Of a stretch of DNA of 64,000 nt, positions 12,585 through 23,436 are shown one piece after another (position 1 is the first letter of the stretch; the number at the start of each line of letters is the position of its first letter). The translations under genes were made by a program, and so were the position numbers. Under the pieces are notes generated by a model, which saw only the letters and a list, made by a program, of their open reading frames with translations, was not told the DNA's origin and ran no database searches. This DNA comes from Candidatus Hydrogenedentota bacterium (GTDB lineage Bacteria > Hydrogenedentota > Hydrogenedentia > Hydrogenedentales > SLHB01). The stretch covers positions 160,001 to 224,000 of the forward strand of contig CAXXTH010000019.1 in assembly GCA_963668025.2 (NCBI GenBank), read 5' to 3'.

Positions 12585-14359
12585 ATGTGGTGCTCCTCCA
12601 GCTCAGGTTTCCGGCCCGTGATGGCGCAGCCTTCTTGCATCGCCTTGGACAAATCGAAGGACGGGATGAAGTCATCCGGTTTGATCCGCGCCATATACAG
12701 CTCTCGAAAATTCTTCAGCGTCGTCAACACCGGATTCGCCGCCGTCTGGCCCAGGCCGCAGCGGCTCGTGACCTTGATGCTGTTTCCCAGCTCCTCGAGG
12801 CGCTTCAAATCGGAAGCCGTTCCATGGCCATCCAGGATTTTATTGAGCAATTCGAGCAGCAGCGTCGTGCCCACGCGGCACGGCGCGCACCAGCCGCAAG
12901 ATTCCTCGACGAAAAATTCGACTTTCTGCCTCATACAATCCAGCAGGTCGCGTTTCGGGCCAAAAATAATGATGGAACCGCCGGTTGGAAGGTCTTCGAA
13001 AGAAATGCCCTTGCCGAAGTCTTTTGGATGAAGGCATTGGCCCGAGGGGCCGCCCACTTGCGCCGCCTGGGCGTCGCCGCCGCCCACAATGCCTAGCAGG
13101 GTCTCGATGGATACGCCATACGGTAATTCATATATGCCCGGGCGCTCGCAATCGCCTGAAACACTCAGCACCTTGGTGCCGGTCGAATCCCGCGTGCCGA
13201 TCTTCGAGAACCACTCCGCGCCTTTCTCCATGATCCGGGCGGCGCAGCACAGCGTCTCGACATTATTTACCGAACTGGGTTCGCCCAGATAGCCTTTCTG
13301 CACCGGGAAGGGCGGGCGGTCGCGCGGAGCGCCGCGCTTGCCCTCGAGCGATTCGATAAGGGCGGATTCCTCGCCGCAGATATACGCGCCAGCGCCCAGT
13401 TGAATGCGGATATCATAATCGAAGTTTTCGCAGCCGCAGATATGCGCGCCCAAAAGGCCCAGGCTCCGGCGGCGTTCGAGCACTTGCTCAAGCTGGGGCG
13501 CGAGAAACTCGTATTCCCCGCGCAAATACATGAGGCCTTGCTTCGCGCCGATGGCGTAGCCCGCCACCGTCATCCCTTCGAAAACCAGGTCCGCCTGCGT
13601 GCGCAGAATATCGCGGTCTTTAAACGTGCCCGGCTCGCCCTCGTCCGCGTTGCAGATGACATAATGGGCATTGCCTTTCGCCTTGCGGCAAAAGTCCCAT
13701 TTCATCGCTAGCGGGAAACCCGCGCCACCCCGCCCGCGCACGCGGGCCTTGTTCATCTCGCCAATCACTTCTTCGGGGGGCATGCAGAGGGCTTTGCGGA
13801 TAGCCTTGCCGCGCTCCATCGGGGCGAAAATCACCTCGCCCTGCTGGCGGATGTTCACATCCACCTCGGCTTGCGGCAGCGAAGCAGGCTCCTTGCCTGC
13901 TCGCAATGCCTCGACAATGGCCGGGACATCCGCCGCGCGAAGGTTCACGAGCGGCACGCCGTTCACGAGCGCGCTCGGGGCTTGGTCGCTCATGCCCATG
14001 CATGCGGTGTGCTCCAGCGAGAATGCGCCATCTACAGTGGTTTGGCCAAAGGCAATGCCGAGGGCTTGCTCGAACGCCTTCCCCACTGCATCCGCGCCCT
14101 TCATGCGTTCCACCACTGCATTACAAAGGCGGATAGCCGTGCGGCCTTTAGGTTCGCGGGGGAGAAAAGCGTAGAAACTGACCATATCGCGCACTTCAAC
14201 GCGATGGATGCCGAGGGCTTCGGCAATTTCGCCGATGGCATCCTCCGTGATGCACCCCAGTTGGGCATGCACCGCACGCGCGATATCCATGAGCCGCGTG
14301 CGCTCCTTGCCGAATTGCTCGACAATCCTTCCGACGGTTTCCAACTGCGCCATAGCCAT
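12581..14359 (-). CDS. hoxF: Diaphorase flavoprotein subunit (NuoE-like plus NuoF domains)
   Basis: RGRGGAGFP, CNADEGEPGTFKDR, GAGAYICGEESALIESLEG and ESCGWCAPCRVG motifs; SD GGAGG before ATG 14359. Confidence 0.93.
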   Translation of the reverse strand: MAMAQLETVGRIVEQFGKERTRLMDIARAVHAQLGCITEDAIGEIAEALGIHRVEVRDMVSFYAFLPREPKGRTAIRLCNAVVERMKGADAVGKAFEQALGIAFGQTTVDGAFSLEHTACMGMSDQAPSALVNGVPLVNLRAADVPAIVEALRAGKEPASLPQAEVDVNIRQQGEVIFAPMERGKAIRKALCMPPEEVIGEMNKARVRGRGGAGFPLAMKWDFCRKAKGNAHYVICNADEGEPGTFKDRDILRTQADLVFEGMTVAGYAIGAKQGLMYLRGEYEFLAPQLEQVLERRRSLGLLGAHICGCENFDYDIRIQLGAGAYICGEESALIESLEGKRGAPRDRPPFPVQKGYLGEPSSVNNVETLCCAARIMEKGAEWFSKIGTRDSTGTKVLSVSGDCERPGIYELPYGVSIETLLGIVGGGDAQAAQVGGPSGQCLHPKDFGKGISFEDLPTGGSIIIFGPKRDLLDCMRQKVEFFVEESCGWCAPCRVGTTLLLELLNKILDGHGTASDLKRLEELGNSIKVTSRCGLGQTAANPVLTTLKNFRELYMARIKPDDFIPSFDLSKAMQEGCAITGRKPELEEHHI

Positions 14360-14479
14360 TCGATATACCTCCACCATTGAAAGCGGTTTTTTCCCGCCTA
14401 CGGTTTCCCTGAGGACTTAACGGCATATGCACCCAAGACGCCTTGGCTGAACGGGTATGTGAACTTCCTTACCCGCTAT

Positions 14480-14497
14480 TCGTGAACGCTATCACAA
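14480..14497. promoter_or_regulatory. Putative Rex (NADH/NAD+ sensor) operator upstream of hoxF
   Basis: TCGTGAA-CGCT-ATCACAA versus consensus TTGTGAA-N4-TTCACAA (2 mismatches); weaker half-match at 14457-14474. Confidence 0.6.
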
Positions 14498-14840
14498 TTT
14501 TTGCTCCAAATTCAACCAAATTTCCCGTCTATCGCATTATTAACCATACAAAAACTCCCCCACCCACATCAACAGGAATCCAAAACCGCCGGACAAGCAT
14601 CACCGTAATCTAAATTTCTTTATCTATTACTATAGCAATTCTATTGAATTGCCAGCCCCAGGCGCACCTGGGTAAAATAGCAGTAAAATCTGTCCGCTCG
14701 GATGCACTCTATTCATGCGCGCGGAAAAGGCGCTGTTAAGGCAGACTGCGGATAACATCCCCGCAAAAAGCGTGTATGACCATTCTACTTTTGGATACTA
14801 TAAAACAATAACGCGAATGAAGTAGGATAGTTGGATACAG

Positions 14841-17477
14841 TTGGCTGGCTACATATTAACCAGCAGGCATCTCCGTGAGTATGAGAATCGCCGCTCCATG
14901 AATGAAGGCAATCAGGGGAAAATACGATTCATGAGCGAAACGAAACAAAACGGCAAGGAACTCGAAAAACAACGTATTGCGGACGAAGCGGCGCCCGGGA
15001 TTATGCCCGCCAGCCAGCCAGGCTCGCCCAATGACGCAGGCCATGCGCAAGCACGCCAGGCGGAGCAACGCGCCGCCCATATGAAACAAACACTTCTGGC
15101 CATCCGTGGCATCAAGCAGCTAATGATCACCGAGACCGAGCCGATGCGCCTTATCGAGCGCGCATGTGCGAATTTGACTAGGACGCTTGGATTCCATCAT
15201 GCCTGGATTGCTCTGATGCCAGAACCAGGCCAGCATATAATGATAACTGCTTCTTCAGGCTTTAATGGCGAATTTGAAGCAATGCGCGAAAACCTCGAAC
15301 GCGGCGAATACGCGCCGTGTATTAGGCGGATTCTCGATCAAGAAGAATTCATCATCGTAAACGACCCGCCGAATGAATGCCCGGATTGCCCCCTGGCAAC
15401 ACAATATGCAAGCCACGCCAAGTTTTCCCACCGCTTATCTTTCCAGGGCCACATATATGGCATTCTTTCTGTATCCATCCCCCGCGCGTATGCGGGCGAC
15501 AGCGAAGAGCAGAACCTCTTTCGTGAAATCGCTGGTGATCTGGGATTCGCCTTGCGGAAAATGGAGGATGCGGAAACCCTCCGGCGGAGTGAAGAAAAAT
15601 TCGAGAAAGCATTCCAAAACGCCCCCCATGCGATAACCATCACGCGAGCGGAAGATGGAAAATTCGTGGATGTAAACCCAGCGTTTTCCACTATATTCGG
15701 ATACTCACGGGAAGAAGCTCTTGCCAATTCCACCGTGGGGCTAAACATATGGGCCGCCCAGCATGAACGAAACCAGGTAATTGCCCTGCTTCTGGCGGGC
15801 GGCGTTATTACAGGCCATGAAACGCATTTCCGAGGTAAGAATGGCGAAGAAATCGTGGGCGTATTATCCGCCCAAGTCATTACCCTCCATAATGAGCCTT
15901 GCCTTCTTTCCAGCATAGGTGACATCACCCGCCGCAAGCAGGTCGAAGAGGCGCTGCACGAAAGCGAGGAGCGGTTCCGTGCGCTGATCATGCAATCAGG
16001 GGACTGCTTGATATTGCATGATCTGCAAGGCGAAATCCTGGATGTGAATCCTTGCACATGCCAAACATATGGCTACGCCCGCGACGAACTGCTCGGCATG
16101 AGGGTTGGCCTCCTTGCGCCAGACTCCACCCGGCAAGAAGACAACGGGAGCGAATGGGAGCAACTTCGCCCCGGCGTCCCCTGCGTTTCCGAAACGGGCC
16201 AGAAGAGAAAAGATGGCGTGGAATTCCCCGTGGAAATCCGGCTTTCCCTCATCGAGCTGCATGGGCAACAGCTCGTGATGCGGCTATGCCGCGACATATC
16301 AGAACGCAAACAAGCCGAAAAAGAAAAAGCACGCCTCGAAGATCAATACCGCCAAGCCCAAAAAATGGAAGCGATTGGACAGTTGACCGGCGGCGTGGCC
16401 CATGATTTCAATAATCTGTTGCAAGTGATTGGCGGCGCGACGGATTTGGCTTTAGAGGATCTAGAGCAAGAGCACCCCGTCCGCGAGCAGCTCGAACAAG
16501 TCGAAAAAGCCTGCCAGCGCGCGGCCCGCCTAGTGTCGCAATTGCTGGCCTTTAGCCGGCGCCAAATCATGCGGCCTGAAACATTGCTCCTAAATGACAC
16601 CGTCGCGGACTTGCTCAAAATGCTGGGCCGTGTCATCGGCGAGCATATTCAACTGCAATGGCTTCCCAGCCCGCAGGCGGGAGCCATTCATGCCGACCGC
16701 GGCATGATCGAGCAAGTGCTCATGAATTTATGTGTCAACGCCCGGGACGCCATGCCGGATGGCGGCACACTCACGATCGAGACCCACGATGCGCTGGTTG
16801 ACGAAGATTTTAGGGTGCTTCACTCCTGGGCTAAGCCCGGGCGGTATGCCCTGCTGGGCATATCGGACACGGGCTGCGGGATGGATAAAGAAACCCTCGG
16901 CCATATTTTTGAGCCGTTTTTCACCACCAAAGAAAAAGGCAAGGGCACCGGCCTGGGCCTTTCCATGGTGTATGGCATCATCAAGCAGCATGAAGGCATG
17001 ATCCATGCCTACAGCGAACCCGGCAGAGGTTCTACATTCAAGCTCTATTGGCCGCAACATGAATCCCGCTCCCAAGCGCCAGAAGCGCCGGTAAATGCCG
17101 TGGCCTCCAATGGAACAGAAACCATCTTGCTGGCCGAAGATGATGAAATGGTGCGCAAACTCGCAAAAACAATCCTCGAACGTTCGGGATACACCGTGTT
17201 ATCCGCGGCGAATGGAGCCGAAGCCTTGGCGCTGTATGAACAGTATGCCCATATAATCGATTTGGCCGTGCTTGATGTGGTCATGCCCGAAATGGGCGGG
17301 CGCGAGGCCTACGAATGCATGCGTGTCGTCAATCCGGAATTGAAAGCGCTTTTCGCCAGCGGGTATAGTGAAAACGCCATCCATACCAATTTTATTCTGG
17401 ACAAAGAGCTGACACTTATCCAAAAACCGTTCACGACCGACACCCTGCTTCGCGCTATACGGTTCTTGCTAGACTAA
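14841..17477 (+). CDS. Hybrid sensor histidine kinase (GAF, 2x PAS, HisKA, HATPase, REC); true start may be 14898 or 14931
   Basis: [22 protein letters not shown]...GTGLGL motifs and C-terminal receiver ILLAEDD...LDVVMP. Confidence 0.93.
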   Translation: MAGYILTSRHLREYENRRSMNEGNQGKIRFMSETKQNGKELEKQRIADEAAPGIMPASQPGSPNDAGHAQARQAEQRAAHMKQTLLAIRGIKQLMITETEPMRLIERACANLTRTLGFHHAWIALMPEPGQHIMITASSGFNGEFEAMRENLERGEYAPCIRRILDQEEFIIVNDPPNECPDCPLATQYASHAKFSHRLSFQGHIYGILSVSIPRAYAGDSEEQNLFREIAGDLGFALRKMEDAETLRRSEEKFEKAFQNAPHAITITRAEDGKFVDVNPAFSTIFGYSREEALANSTVGLNIWAAQHERNQVIALLLAGGVITGHETHFRGKNGEEIVGVLSAQVITLHNEPCLLSSIGDITRRKQVEEALHESEERFRALIMQSGDCLILHDLQGEILDVNPCTCQTYGYARDELLGMRVGLLAPDSTRQEDNGSEWEQLRPGVPCVSETGQKRKDGVEFPVEIRLSLIELHGQQLVMRLCRDISERKQAEKEKARLEDQYRQAQKMEAIGQLTGGVAHDFNNLLQVIGGATDLALEDLEQEHPVREQLEQVEKACQRAARLVSQLLAFSRRQIMRPETLLLNDTVADLLKMLGRVIGEHIQLQWLPSPQAGAIHADRGMIEQVLMNLCVNARDAMPDGGTLTIETHDALVDEDFRVLHSWAKPGRYALLGISDTGCGMDKETLGHIFEPFFTTKEKGKGTGLGLSMVYGIIKQHEGMIHAYSEPGRGSTFKLYWPQHESRSQAPEAPVNAVASNGTETILLAEDDEMVRKLAKTILERSGYTVLSAANGAEALALYEQYAHIIDLAVLDVVMPEMGGREAYECMRVVNPELKALFASGYSENAIHTNFILDKELTLIQKPFTTDTLLRAIRFLLD

Positions 17478-17623
17478 CCGGTGAGGCTGGCATATACCGA
17501 ATCCAGCCCTGTACTACATAACAGCCAACTTTTTCTTGCGAAAATTTTCCATGTAAACCAAAGCATATCAATTTGTTACGTATAGCAATCCTTGCCGGAT
17601 ATTTCAATGGGATCCTCCCTGCT

Positions 17624-17643
17624 CGGTGGGGCAAGCCCCACCG
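17624..17643. repeat. REP-like hairpin (GGTGGGGCAAGCCCCACC family)
   Basis: Related copies at 29972-30024, 49157-49179 and 56095-56117, several with a GTAG/CTAC end. Confidence 0.7.
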
Positions 17644-17761
17644 CTGGAGTTTCTACCTTTTTTGGGCGAGGTGGACACGCTTTTTCTCTTGCCATCGCAC
17701 AGCTTATCGTCTTTGTCGTAGCTTCCCTTTCGCCGAATAGGCCGGTCATTGAAAATATATA

Positions 17762-17790
17762 TTGACATACCGACTCGTTTGCGCTACAAT
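17762..17790 (+). promoter_or_regulatory. Sigma70-type promoter of the IS701-like element
   Basis: TTGACA-17 nt-TACAAT, followed by SD AGGAGG and ATG 17819. Confidence 0.75.
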
Positions 17791-17848
17791 CTTGTTGGCT
17801 AGGCAGGAGGGCGGCGCCATGAATGACGAATTGCGTGACACGATCCTA

Positions 17849-19016
17849 GTGTATTGATTTATAATTAAGGCAACTTATTTGGTTTGAGAGGTATTCATCT
17901 TGTAGCGGAGGATGAATACGATGAAAGTCGCATGTGAAATCGTGTTGGACGAACAGGAACGTTCTACGCTCGAAAAGTGGTCGAAAGGCCGTATGACGCC
18001 GGTACGCGTGGTACTGCGCGCAAAGATTGTGCTGTTGGCGGCTTCGGGCATGGAGAACAAAGGCATTGCGGCAGCGCTTGGTATCGGACGCGATACGGTG
18101 GGACAGTGGCGGCGCCGGTTCTCTGAGTGCCGTTTGGCGGGGATCGTTAAGGACGCTCCCCGCGGCGGTCGCAAGCCCACGCGTCGGGAAGAGGTGACCC
18201 GGCTCATCGTAGAGCGCACAACGCAGGCCAAGCCTGCAAACGCCACTCATTGGAGTACCCGGACGCTGGGCAAGGAGTTGGGGGTGAGTCCGTCGATGGT
18301 TCAGCGTGTGTGGCAGGCCAATGGGTTGAAGCCGCACCGCGTCAAGACCTTCAAGGTGAGCAATGACAAGCAATTCGTGGAGAAGATGCAAGACATTGTT
18401 GGCCTGTATCTCAACCCCCCTGAACATGCGCTGGTGTTGTGCGCAGACGAGAAGAGCCAGATTCAGGCCCTGGACCGGACCCAACCCGGATTGCCCATCA
18501 AGAAAGGGCGCTGCGGCACGATGACCCATGATTACAAGCGCAACGGCACGACGACCCTTTTTGCCGCGCTCGAACTGGCCGAAGGCCGTCTCATCGGCTC
18601 GTGCATGCAACGGCATCGCCATCAGGAATGGATCACGTTTCTTAAGCAGATTGATGCGGAAACGCCTGAGGGACTCCATCTGCACCTGATTGTCGATAAT
18701 TACGCCACGCACAAACATCCCAAGGTCACCGCTTGGCTTAAGCGGCATCCCCGGTTCCATATCCATTTCACGCCGACGAGCAGTTCGTGGCTCAACCTGG
18801 TGGAACGCTGGTTCCGAGAGATCACAGACAAGCGCATTCGGCGCGGCGTCTTCAAATCCGTCAAGGACCTCGTTCAAGCGATCATGGACTACATTCAACA
18901 GCATAACGCCGACCCCAAAACATTCGTCTGGCACGCAAAAGCCGAGGACATTCTTGCCAAAGTCCGCCGGGCAAGAGCACGGCTGGATAAGATGGCAACA
19001 GCATGAATCAATACAC
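17849..19016 (+). mobile_element. IS630-family insertion sequence
   Basis: TIRs GTGTATTGATT; TA duplication at 17847-17848 and 19017-19018. Confidence 0.92.
17912..19006 (+). CDS. IS630-family transposase
   Basis: [23 protein letters not shown] and [11 protein letters not shown] motifs. Confidence 0.95.
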   Translation: MNTMKVACEIVLDEQERSTLEKWSKGRMTPVRVVLRAKIVLLAASGMENKGIAAALGIGRDTVGQWRRRFSECRLAGIVKDAPRGGRKPTRREEVTRLIVERTTQAKPANATHWSTRTLGKELGVSPSMVQRVWQANGLKPHRVKTFKVSNDKQFVEKMQDIVGLYLNPPEHALVLCADEKSQIQALDRTQPGLPIKKGRCGTMTHDYKRNGTTTLFAALELAEGRLIGSCMQRHRHQEWITFLKQIDAETPEGLHLHLIVDNYATHKHPKVTAWLKRHPRFHIHFTPTSSSWLNLVERWFREITDKRIRRGVFKSVKDLVQAIMDYIQQHNADPKTFVWHAKAEDILAKVRRARARLDKMATA

Positions 19017-19320
19017 TAGAGGCTATGGAAAAAGGGCTTGAGGCGCAGCTTCGGGCGGTGCGCCGTCTGCGTAGGGGGGAAGAATCCAGGGAGGAGCCAC
19101 GACCCAGAACAAGTATGTCGCAAGTAGATATGGCATATGACATACTCTTGAGGGCCGCTCATCCCCTTCATGTCAATGAGATCCTGAGTCGCATTCATGC
19201 GGTCTTCGGCATTACGGTGGACCGGGAAAGCCTGGTGTCTTCCCTCACCAAAAAGGTGGCTCGGGAAGACCGCTTTGTCCGCGCGGACAAGAACACCTTC
19301 GGACTCAAAGGAGGCAAGCG

Positions 19321-20700
19321 ATGAGTCTTTTACACGAATGGCTCAACGTTACCGAGCGCTGGCGCGATGCTTTTGCCCAAGAGCGCACCACCGTGCGTGC
19401 GGTGCGGCAGGGACTTGGGTCACTGGTCTGTTTGGGGCGGCGCACAATCACGCGGACCCTTTGGGCCTGTGGTCGCGAGAATCTGCCGTGGCAGGCTGAA
19501 TACCACATGTACGGCCGCGCCAAGTGGGACCCCCAGCAGCTCTTCGACCCTATTTGGGAAGGAGCCCTGCCCCAGTGTGAAGACCCGCTTGTAGGCGTCG
19601 CCGTCGATGATACCAAGCTGCACAAGACCGGCCGGTGCATTGTCCAGGCTTTTCATCAGCGCGACCCCCTGTCCCCGCCGTTCCACACCAATCTCATTCT
19701 GGGCCTGCGTTTCCTGCAGGCCTCCCTTCTCGTACCGCTTCACCAAGGCGGCGCCTTTAGTTGCCGCGCCTTGCCCGTGCGTTTCGAGGAGCCTTCCCCC
19801 GCCAAGAAGCCTGGCAAGCGCGCAAGCGAGGAGGAGTGGATGGCGTACAAGCAGCGCCGTAAAGAGAAGAACCTTTCAACCCATTGCGTGGCGATGATGG
19901 ACTCCTTGCGCGCATCCCTCGACGCCGTCGGCGCCAGGGAGAAAACCTTGGTCATGGCCCTCGACGGCAGCTTTTGCAACCAGACCGTCTTCGACGCTGA
20001 ACGCGACCGCACCCACCTCATCGCCCGTGCCCGCAAGGACGCAGTCCTATGCTTTGGCGCTCCAGAGGGTTCGCGGCGTTTCTATGCCCAAGAAAAATTC
20101 ACCCCCGAGCAAGTACGCCAGGACGATAGCATCCCCTGGAAGACTACGAAGCTATTCTACGGCGGCAAACGCCGCAAGGTCCGCTACAAGGAAATCAAGA
20201 CCCTCTACTGGCAAGGCGGCGCGCGCCGTCTTCCCCTCCGCCTTTTCGCTATCGCTTCCACCCCCTACCGCAAGCGGAAAAGCAGTAAGCTTTATTACCG
20301 GCAACCAGCCTACCTTCTTTGTACCGACAGGGTTCACGCCGCACAGAGGCTGCTCCAGATCTACTTCGACCGCTGGCAGATTGAAGTCAACCATCGCGAG
20401 GAAAAGGACACCTTGGGCGTCGGACAAGCTCAGCTCTGGAACCCCAATGCCGTACCCAAGCAGCCCCCGCTTGCCGTCGCCGCCTACAGCGCATTGCTAC
20501 TGGCCGCCATAAAAACCTTTGGCCCCGAACGAAATAGTGCATACGCCCCGCTGCCACGGTGGCGAAAACACGCCACACGCCCATCGTGCCTCGCTCTCAT
20601 CACTCTATTGAGAAAAGAGATGGACGAACAGCCCCATTTGCTCCGTCCACTCGGCATAGAAACCTCCAGAGCAACAATGGCAAGCGCCGCGGCTGCTTAA
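19321..20700 (+). CDS. DDE transposase (IS701/IS4-like)
   Basis: VAVDDT, ALDGSF and YFDRWQIEVNHREEK (YREK-like) motifs. Confidence 0.85.
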   Translation: MSLLHEWLNVTERWRDAFAQERTTVRAVRQGLGSLVCLGRRTITRTLWACGRENLPWQAEYHMYGRAKWDPQQLFDPIWEGALPQCEDPLVGVAVDDTKLHKTGRCIVQAFHQRDPLSPPFHTNLILGLRFLQASLLVPLHQGGAFSCRALPVRFEEPSPAKKPGKRASEEEWMAYKQRRKEKNLSTHCVAMMDSLRASLDAVGAREKTLVMALDGSFCNQTVFDAERDRTHLIARARKDAVLCFGAPEGSRRFYAQEKFTPEQVRQDDSIPWKTTKLFYGGKRRKVRYKEIKTLYWQGGARRLPLRLFAIASTPYRKRKSSKLYYRQPAYLLCTDRVHAAQRLLQIYFDRWQIEVNHREEKDTLGVGQAQLWNPNAVPKQPPLAVAAYSALLLAAIKTFGPERNSAYAPLPRWRKHATRPSCLALITLLRKEMDEQPHLLRPLGIETSRATMASAAAA

Positions 20701-20740
20701 TAATGGAGAAACTCCAGGCATGGGCGTCCCGCCCATGCCA

Positions 20741-21517
20741 GTGCGACTGCGAGTGTACGCTGTCCGAGAGGTGTGAGTCCTCTTCAGGCATGCACGCTCC
20801 GGCCTGTAGCCGACTGTAACTGCGTCGCCGCGAGGCGGGGTGGAGAGCAACGGAAGGCGAACGGCCAGTCCGTAGGATACGAACTCGATTCGGCCTGATG
20901 TTCCGGCGAGCCTGCTGGCAAATGGCGAAGCCTAGAAATAACCGGTCACGCTAAGGGGTCGTGTGCAAAAGCGATGGCGGGGGAACATGGGGTGGTTGGA
21001 GACGGAATGGCCAGGAAGGCAGAGTACATGAAGCAGTGAGAGCCGCTTAGGGTAAGCAGGCAGAAATGCCACTGAGCGGCAGTCAGAGCCGCCATAGTAG
21101 CGAGGAAACGCCGTAATGGGCGTGGAGCGAAGGGCGGTAGGAAGGTGGATGGGTGAGTACGGAATGCGAGGAAATACAACCGTCACCAGTGAACCGCGCA
21201 AGCAGTTCTAAACATGCCGGAGATAACCGCCCCTACTGGAAGCGAGCGGTCCTTGCGTCTGGACGGAACCCATGTTGGCGGCCCTGAAACAAGGGGTGAA
21301 AGGAAGGCGATGGTTCAGCTTGATGGATAAGCAGACCATCAATACTGAGCTAATGCTTACTTTGGCGGCCATAGGTCTTTTCAGCTTACAAAAGCCTATG
21401 AAACCGCTCGCCAATCCTCCAAGAGGTAAGACCACCAACTGGAGAGCCGTATGCGGGAGATCTGCACGTACGGTTCGGAGGGAGGGGAGACCGGCCAACG
21501 GTCTTCCCTACCCCTAT
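20741..21517 (+). mobile_element. Group II intron with internally deleted intron-encoded protein (ORF-less)
   Basis: 5' GTGCG; domain V GAGCCGTATGCGGGAGATCTGCACGTACGGTTC; domain VI ending CCCTAT; only N- and C-terminal IEP remnants (ALKQGVKGRRWFSLMDK / GLFSL). Confidence 0.85.
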
Positions 21518-21543
21518 CGACACTCGATTGCCCTGATCTGCCA

Positions 21544-21580
21544 TTCACCGGTGCTGCGGCGTGCCGTACCATTGGCTGCC
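21544..21580. repeat. 37-bp direct repeat, copy 1 (duplicate of the GT2 gene 3' end)
   Basis: TTCACCGGTGCTGCGGCGTGCCGTACCATTGGCTGCC identical to 23437-23473. Confidence 0.9.
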
Positions 21581-21692
21581 GCATGGCCGATCTATTTGTT
21601 TTTTGTATGGACAAAATAGTTGCTTTATGGTATAGCTTATATGGAGCAGTTAAGTTTAATATTACGTACTTAACAAGCAAGGAGTAATTGTC

Positions 21693-22601
21693 ATGAAGAA
21701 GCTAGTGTTCTCTATGAGTGTTCTTTTTAGTCTCCTTTTTTCCTTAACCACATGGGCTCAGTTTTCTACAAACGATCTTGAGAATCCTAAGCCAGGTTCG
21801 TTTATTGCGAATCTAGTTGAACAAGAAGCTGGAATAGCCGCAAATGAGACTATGAGCGATAATGTCCGAAATCTATACTTTAAAGGAGAACTTTTTACTT
21901 GGTATTCACAGTTATATTTTAGTAGGAATTATGCTGCTTTCTTCAATAGCATAGAAAGAGTACCACGAATTCAAAAATTGATGCAGATTATCCGTACTGG
22001 GTCTTCAGACGAAAAAGCTAAATTGAAAGCATGTGTTATTGGCATGTGTAATTTTTACATAAAAGAAGCTCCTCTATTGCCTTCGTCTCAAAATACGGAT
22101 CCTGCCTCGGTCGCTTTTAATAATGAACCTTCGGCATTATTTCCAAAGGATGGAATTGCATATGCTTATTTGTTGAGTTATATAGATGAAAAAGGTGATA
22201 TGCTTCCATTGCTAGTAAAAATGCATGAGCGACAACAAGAGGCATCGTATGAGTTAGGAAAACTCATGCTTAGTAAGAATAACTCCGATAATGTTGAATC
22301 TACACCAAAGGTGTTTACTGCAACTATACATGGCGCAATTATTTCCTATGCATGCGGACATATTATGCGGGCGATTACTATAAATGAAGAAAAAAAAGAC
22401 TCTCTTACAGAGATACAGAAAAGTGTATTGGAGCGGTTTGTACAGCTTGAAGCAGAAAACCAAGCTGAATGGGAAAAAGATATTGCGGAAAACCTCCAAA
22501 ATACAGATGAACAGCTAGAGAAAAAAAGACCTGAATGGATGGATATGAATTCTCAGACTAAAATTCTTGCACTTGCAAAAGAGTACGTTTCAGCTATATG
22601 A
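21693..22601 (+). CDS. Hypothetical secreted protein (AT-rich)
   Basis: SD AAGGAG; signal peptide MKKLVFS...TTWA; candidate promoter TGGACA-17-TATAGC at 21608-21636. Confidence 0.8.
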   Translation: MKKLVFSMSVLFSLLFSLTTWAQFSTNDLENPKPGSFIANLVEQEAGIAANETMSDNVRNLYFKGELFTWYSQLYFSRNYAAFFNSIERVPRIQKLMQIIRTGSSDEKAKLKACVIGMCNFYIKEAPLLPSSQNTDPASVAFNNEPSALFPKDGIAYAYLLSYIDEKGDMLPLLVKMHERQQEASYELGKLMLSKNNSDNVESTPKVFTATIHGAIISYACGHIMRAITINEEKKDSLTEIQKSVLERFVQLEAENQAEWEKDIAENLQNTDEQLEKKRPEWMDMNSQTKILALAKEYVSAI

Positions 22602-22632
22602 ATAAAATCACAGCATAACTACACAAAGGGAG

Positions 22633-23334
22633 ATGTGTGTCATGAAAAAAATGAATGTAATTATGTTTTTTTTAGTGTTGTCTGCTTTTTGTGCAACCGC
22701 AGATGAACCTAACGGAACAGTAGACGACTTTTTTTGTACTGGCTTATATGAAGGAGGAGGAATTCAGACTATTTTTTTTAAATTAGCCAGGTATGAGATT
22801 CCTGATGCCGATGATGATGAATGCTATAATGGCGCAGATTGGTGCATATCTACCTCTACAGGAAGAAAAGTTGCACATTGGCATCTCGATACTTCCTATC
22901 GCTCTGATTTAACAAGCGAAGAAAAAGCTAATATGAATAGACTTTATGAGTATATGAATTCATGGGCAACTTCCCAGAATCGAATAGGTTATCCTTCAAT
23001 TGCATATAATTGTCATGCTTATGCGTGGGGACGAAACGATATCTTAATTTTAGGAACACCATATGGTGGAGATGGGATGGAGCGTTTATTTGCTGACGAT
23101 TGTGAACATATTAATAGTCAGCAATTATGTGAAACGGGAGATCTATTTAAGCATACTCCAAATCCAGGTATAGATCATACATCGATAATAGATGCAGGAA
23201 CATTAAATGGTGTCACAGTAATTGATAAGTTTCGAGGAAAAATGGGTTTTTATGGTATTTATAGATTGGATAGAGATACAGTTTTTGATGATGCATTAGG
23301 TAGTGATAATGGTGGTATTTTTCGAAAGGAATGA
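22633..23334 (+). CDS. Hypothetical secreted protein with a papain-like Cys-His motif (AT-rich)
   Basis: Signal peptide; YNCHAYAWG followed by DHTS and GKMG. Confidence 0.7.
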   Translation: MCVMKKMNVIMFFLVLSAFCATADEPNGTVDDFFCTGLYEGGGIQTIFFKLARYEIPDADDDECYNGADWCISTSTGRKVAHWHLDTSYRSDLTSEEKANMNRLYEYMNSWATSQNRIGYPSIAYNCHAYAWGRNDILILGTPYGGDGMERLFADDCEHINSQQLCETGDLFKHTPNPGIDHTSIIDAGTLNGVTVIDKFRGKMGFYGIYRLDRDTVFDDALGSDNGGIFRKE

Positions 23335-23436
23335 ACCCTAAAATATTAATGAATATTTCTAGTAGAGGATAATGCTTCGTCTAAACCGTAAACCGCAAAT
23401 ACGCTTGAGAAGGAGCTTTATCCTCTATTTTTATTC

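Larger units (their letters stand above)
17819..19324 (+). pseudogene. Small winged-HTH (HARE-HTH-like) accessory ORF interrupted by IS630
   Basis: Removing IS630 and one TA restores MNDELRDTILEAMEKG...DMAYDILLRAAHPLHVNEIL...FVRADKNTFGL. Confidence 0.75.
17644..20717 (+). mobile_element. IS701/IS4-like element with an accessory HTH ORF, containing a nested IS630
   Basis: TIRs CTGGAGTTTCTACCTT / rc CTGGAGTTTCTCCATT enclose a promoter, a small ORF and a DDE transposase; no TSD seen. Confidence 0.75.

Noticed and set aside
9052-14380. Long plus-strand ORFs opposite the hox genes (similarly opposite transposases, pbpC and transketolase)
   Set aside because: Antisense shadows of GC3-rich genes with no recognisable motifs
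20741-21517. The ORF-less intron as substrate of the nearby RT at 33163
   Set aside because: That RT lacks maturase features and lies 11 kb away; no link is visible
21518-21540. ISAs1-like end (GATTGCCCTG) after the intron
   Set aside because: Only a 10-nt match with no transposase remnant
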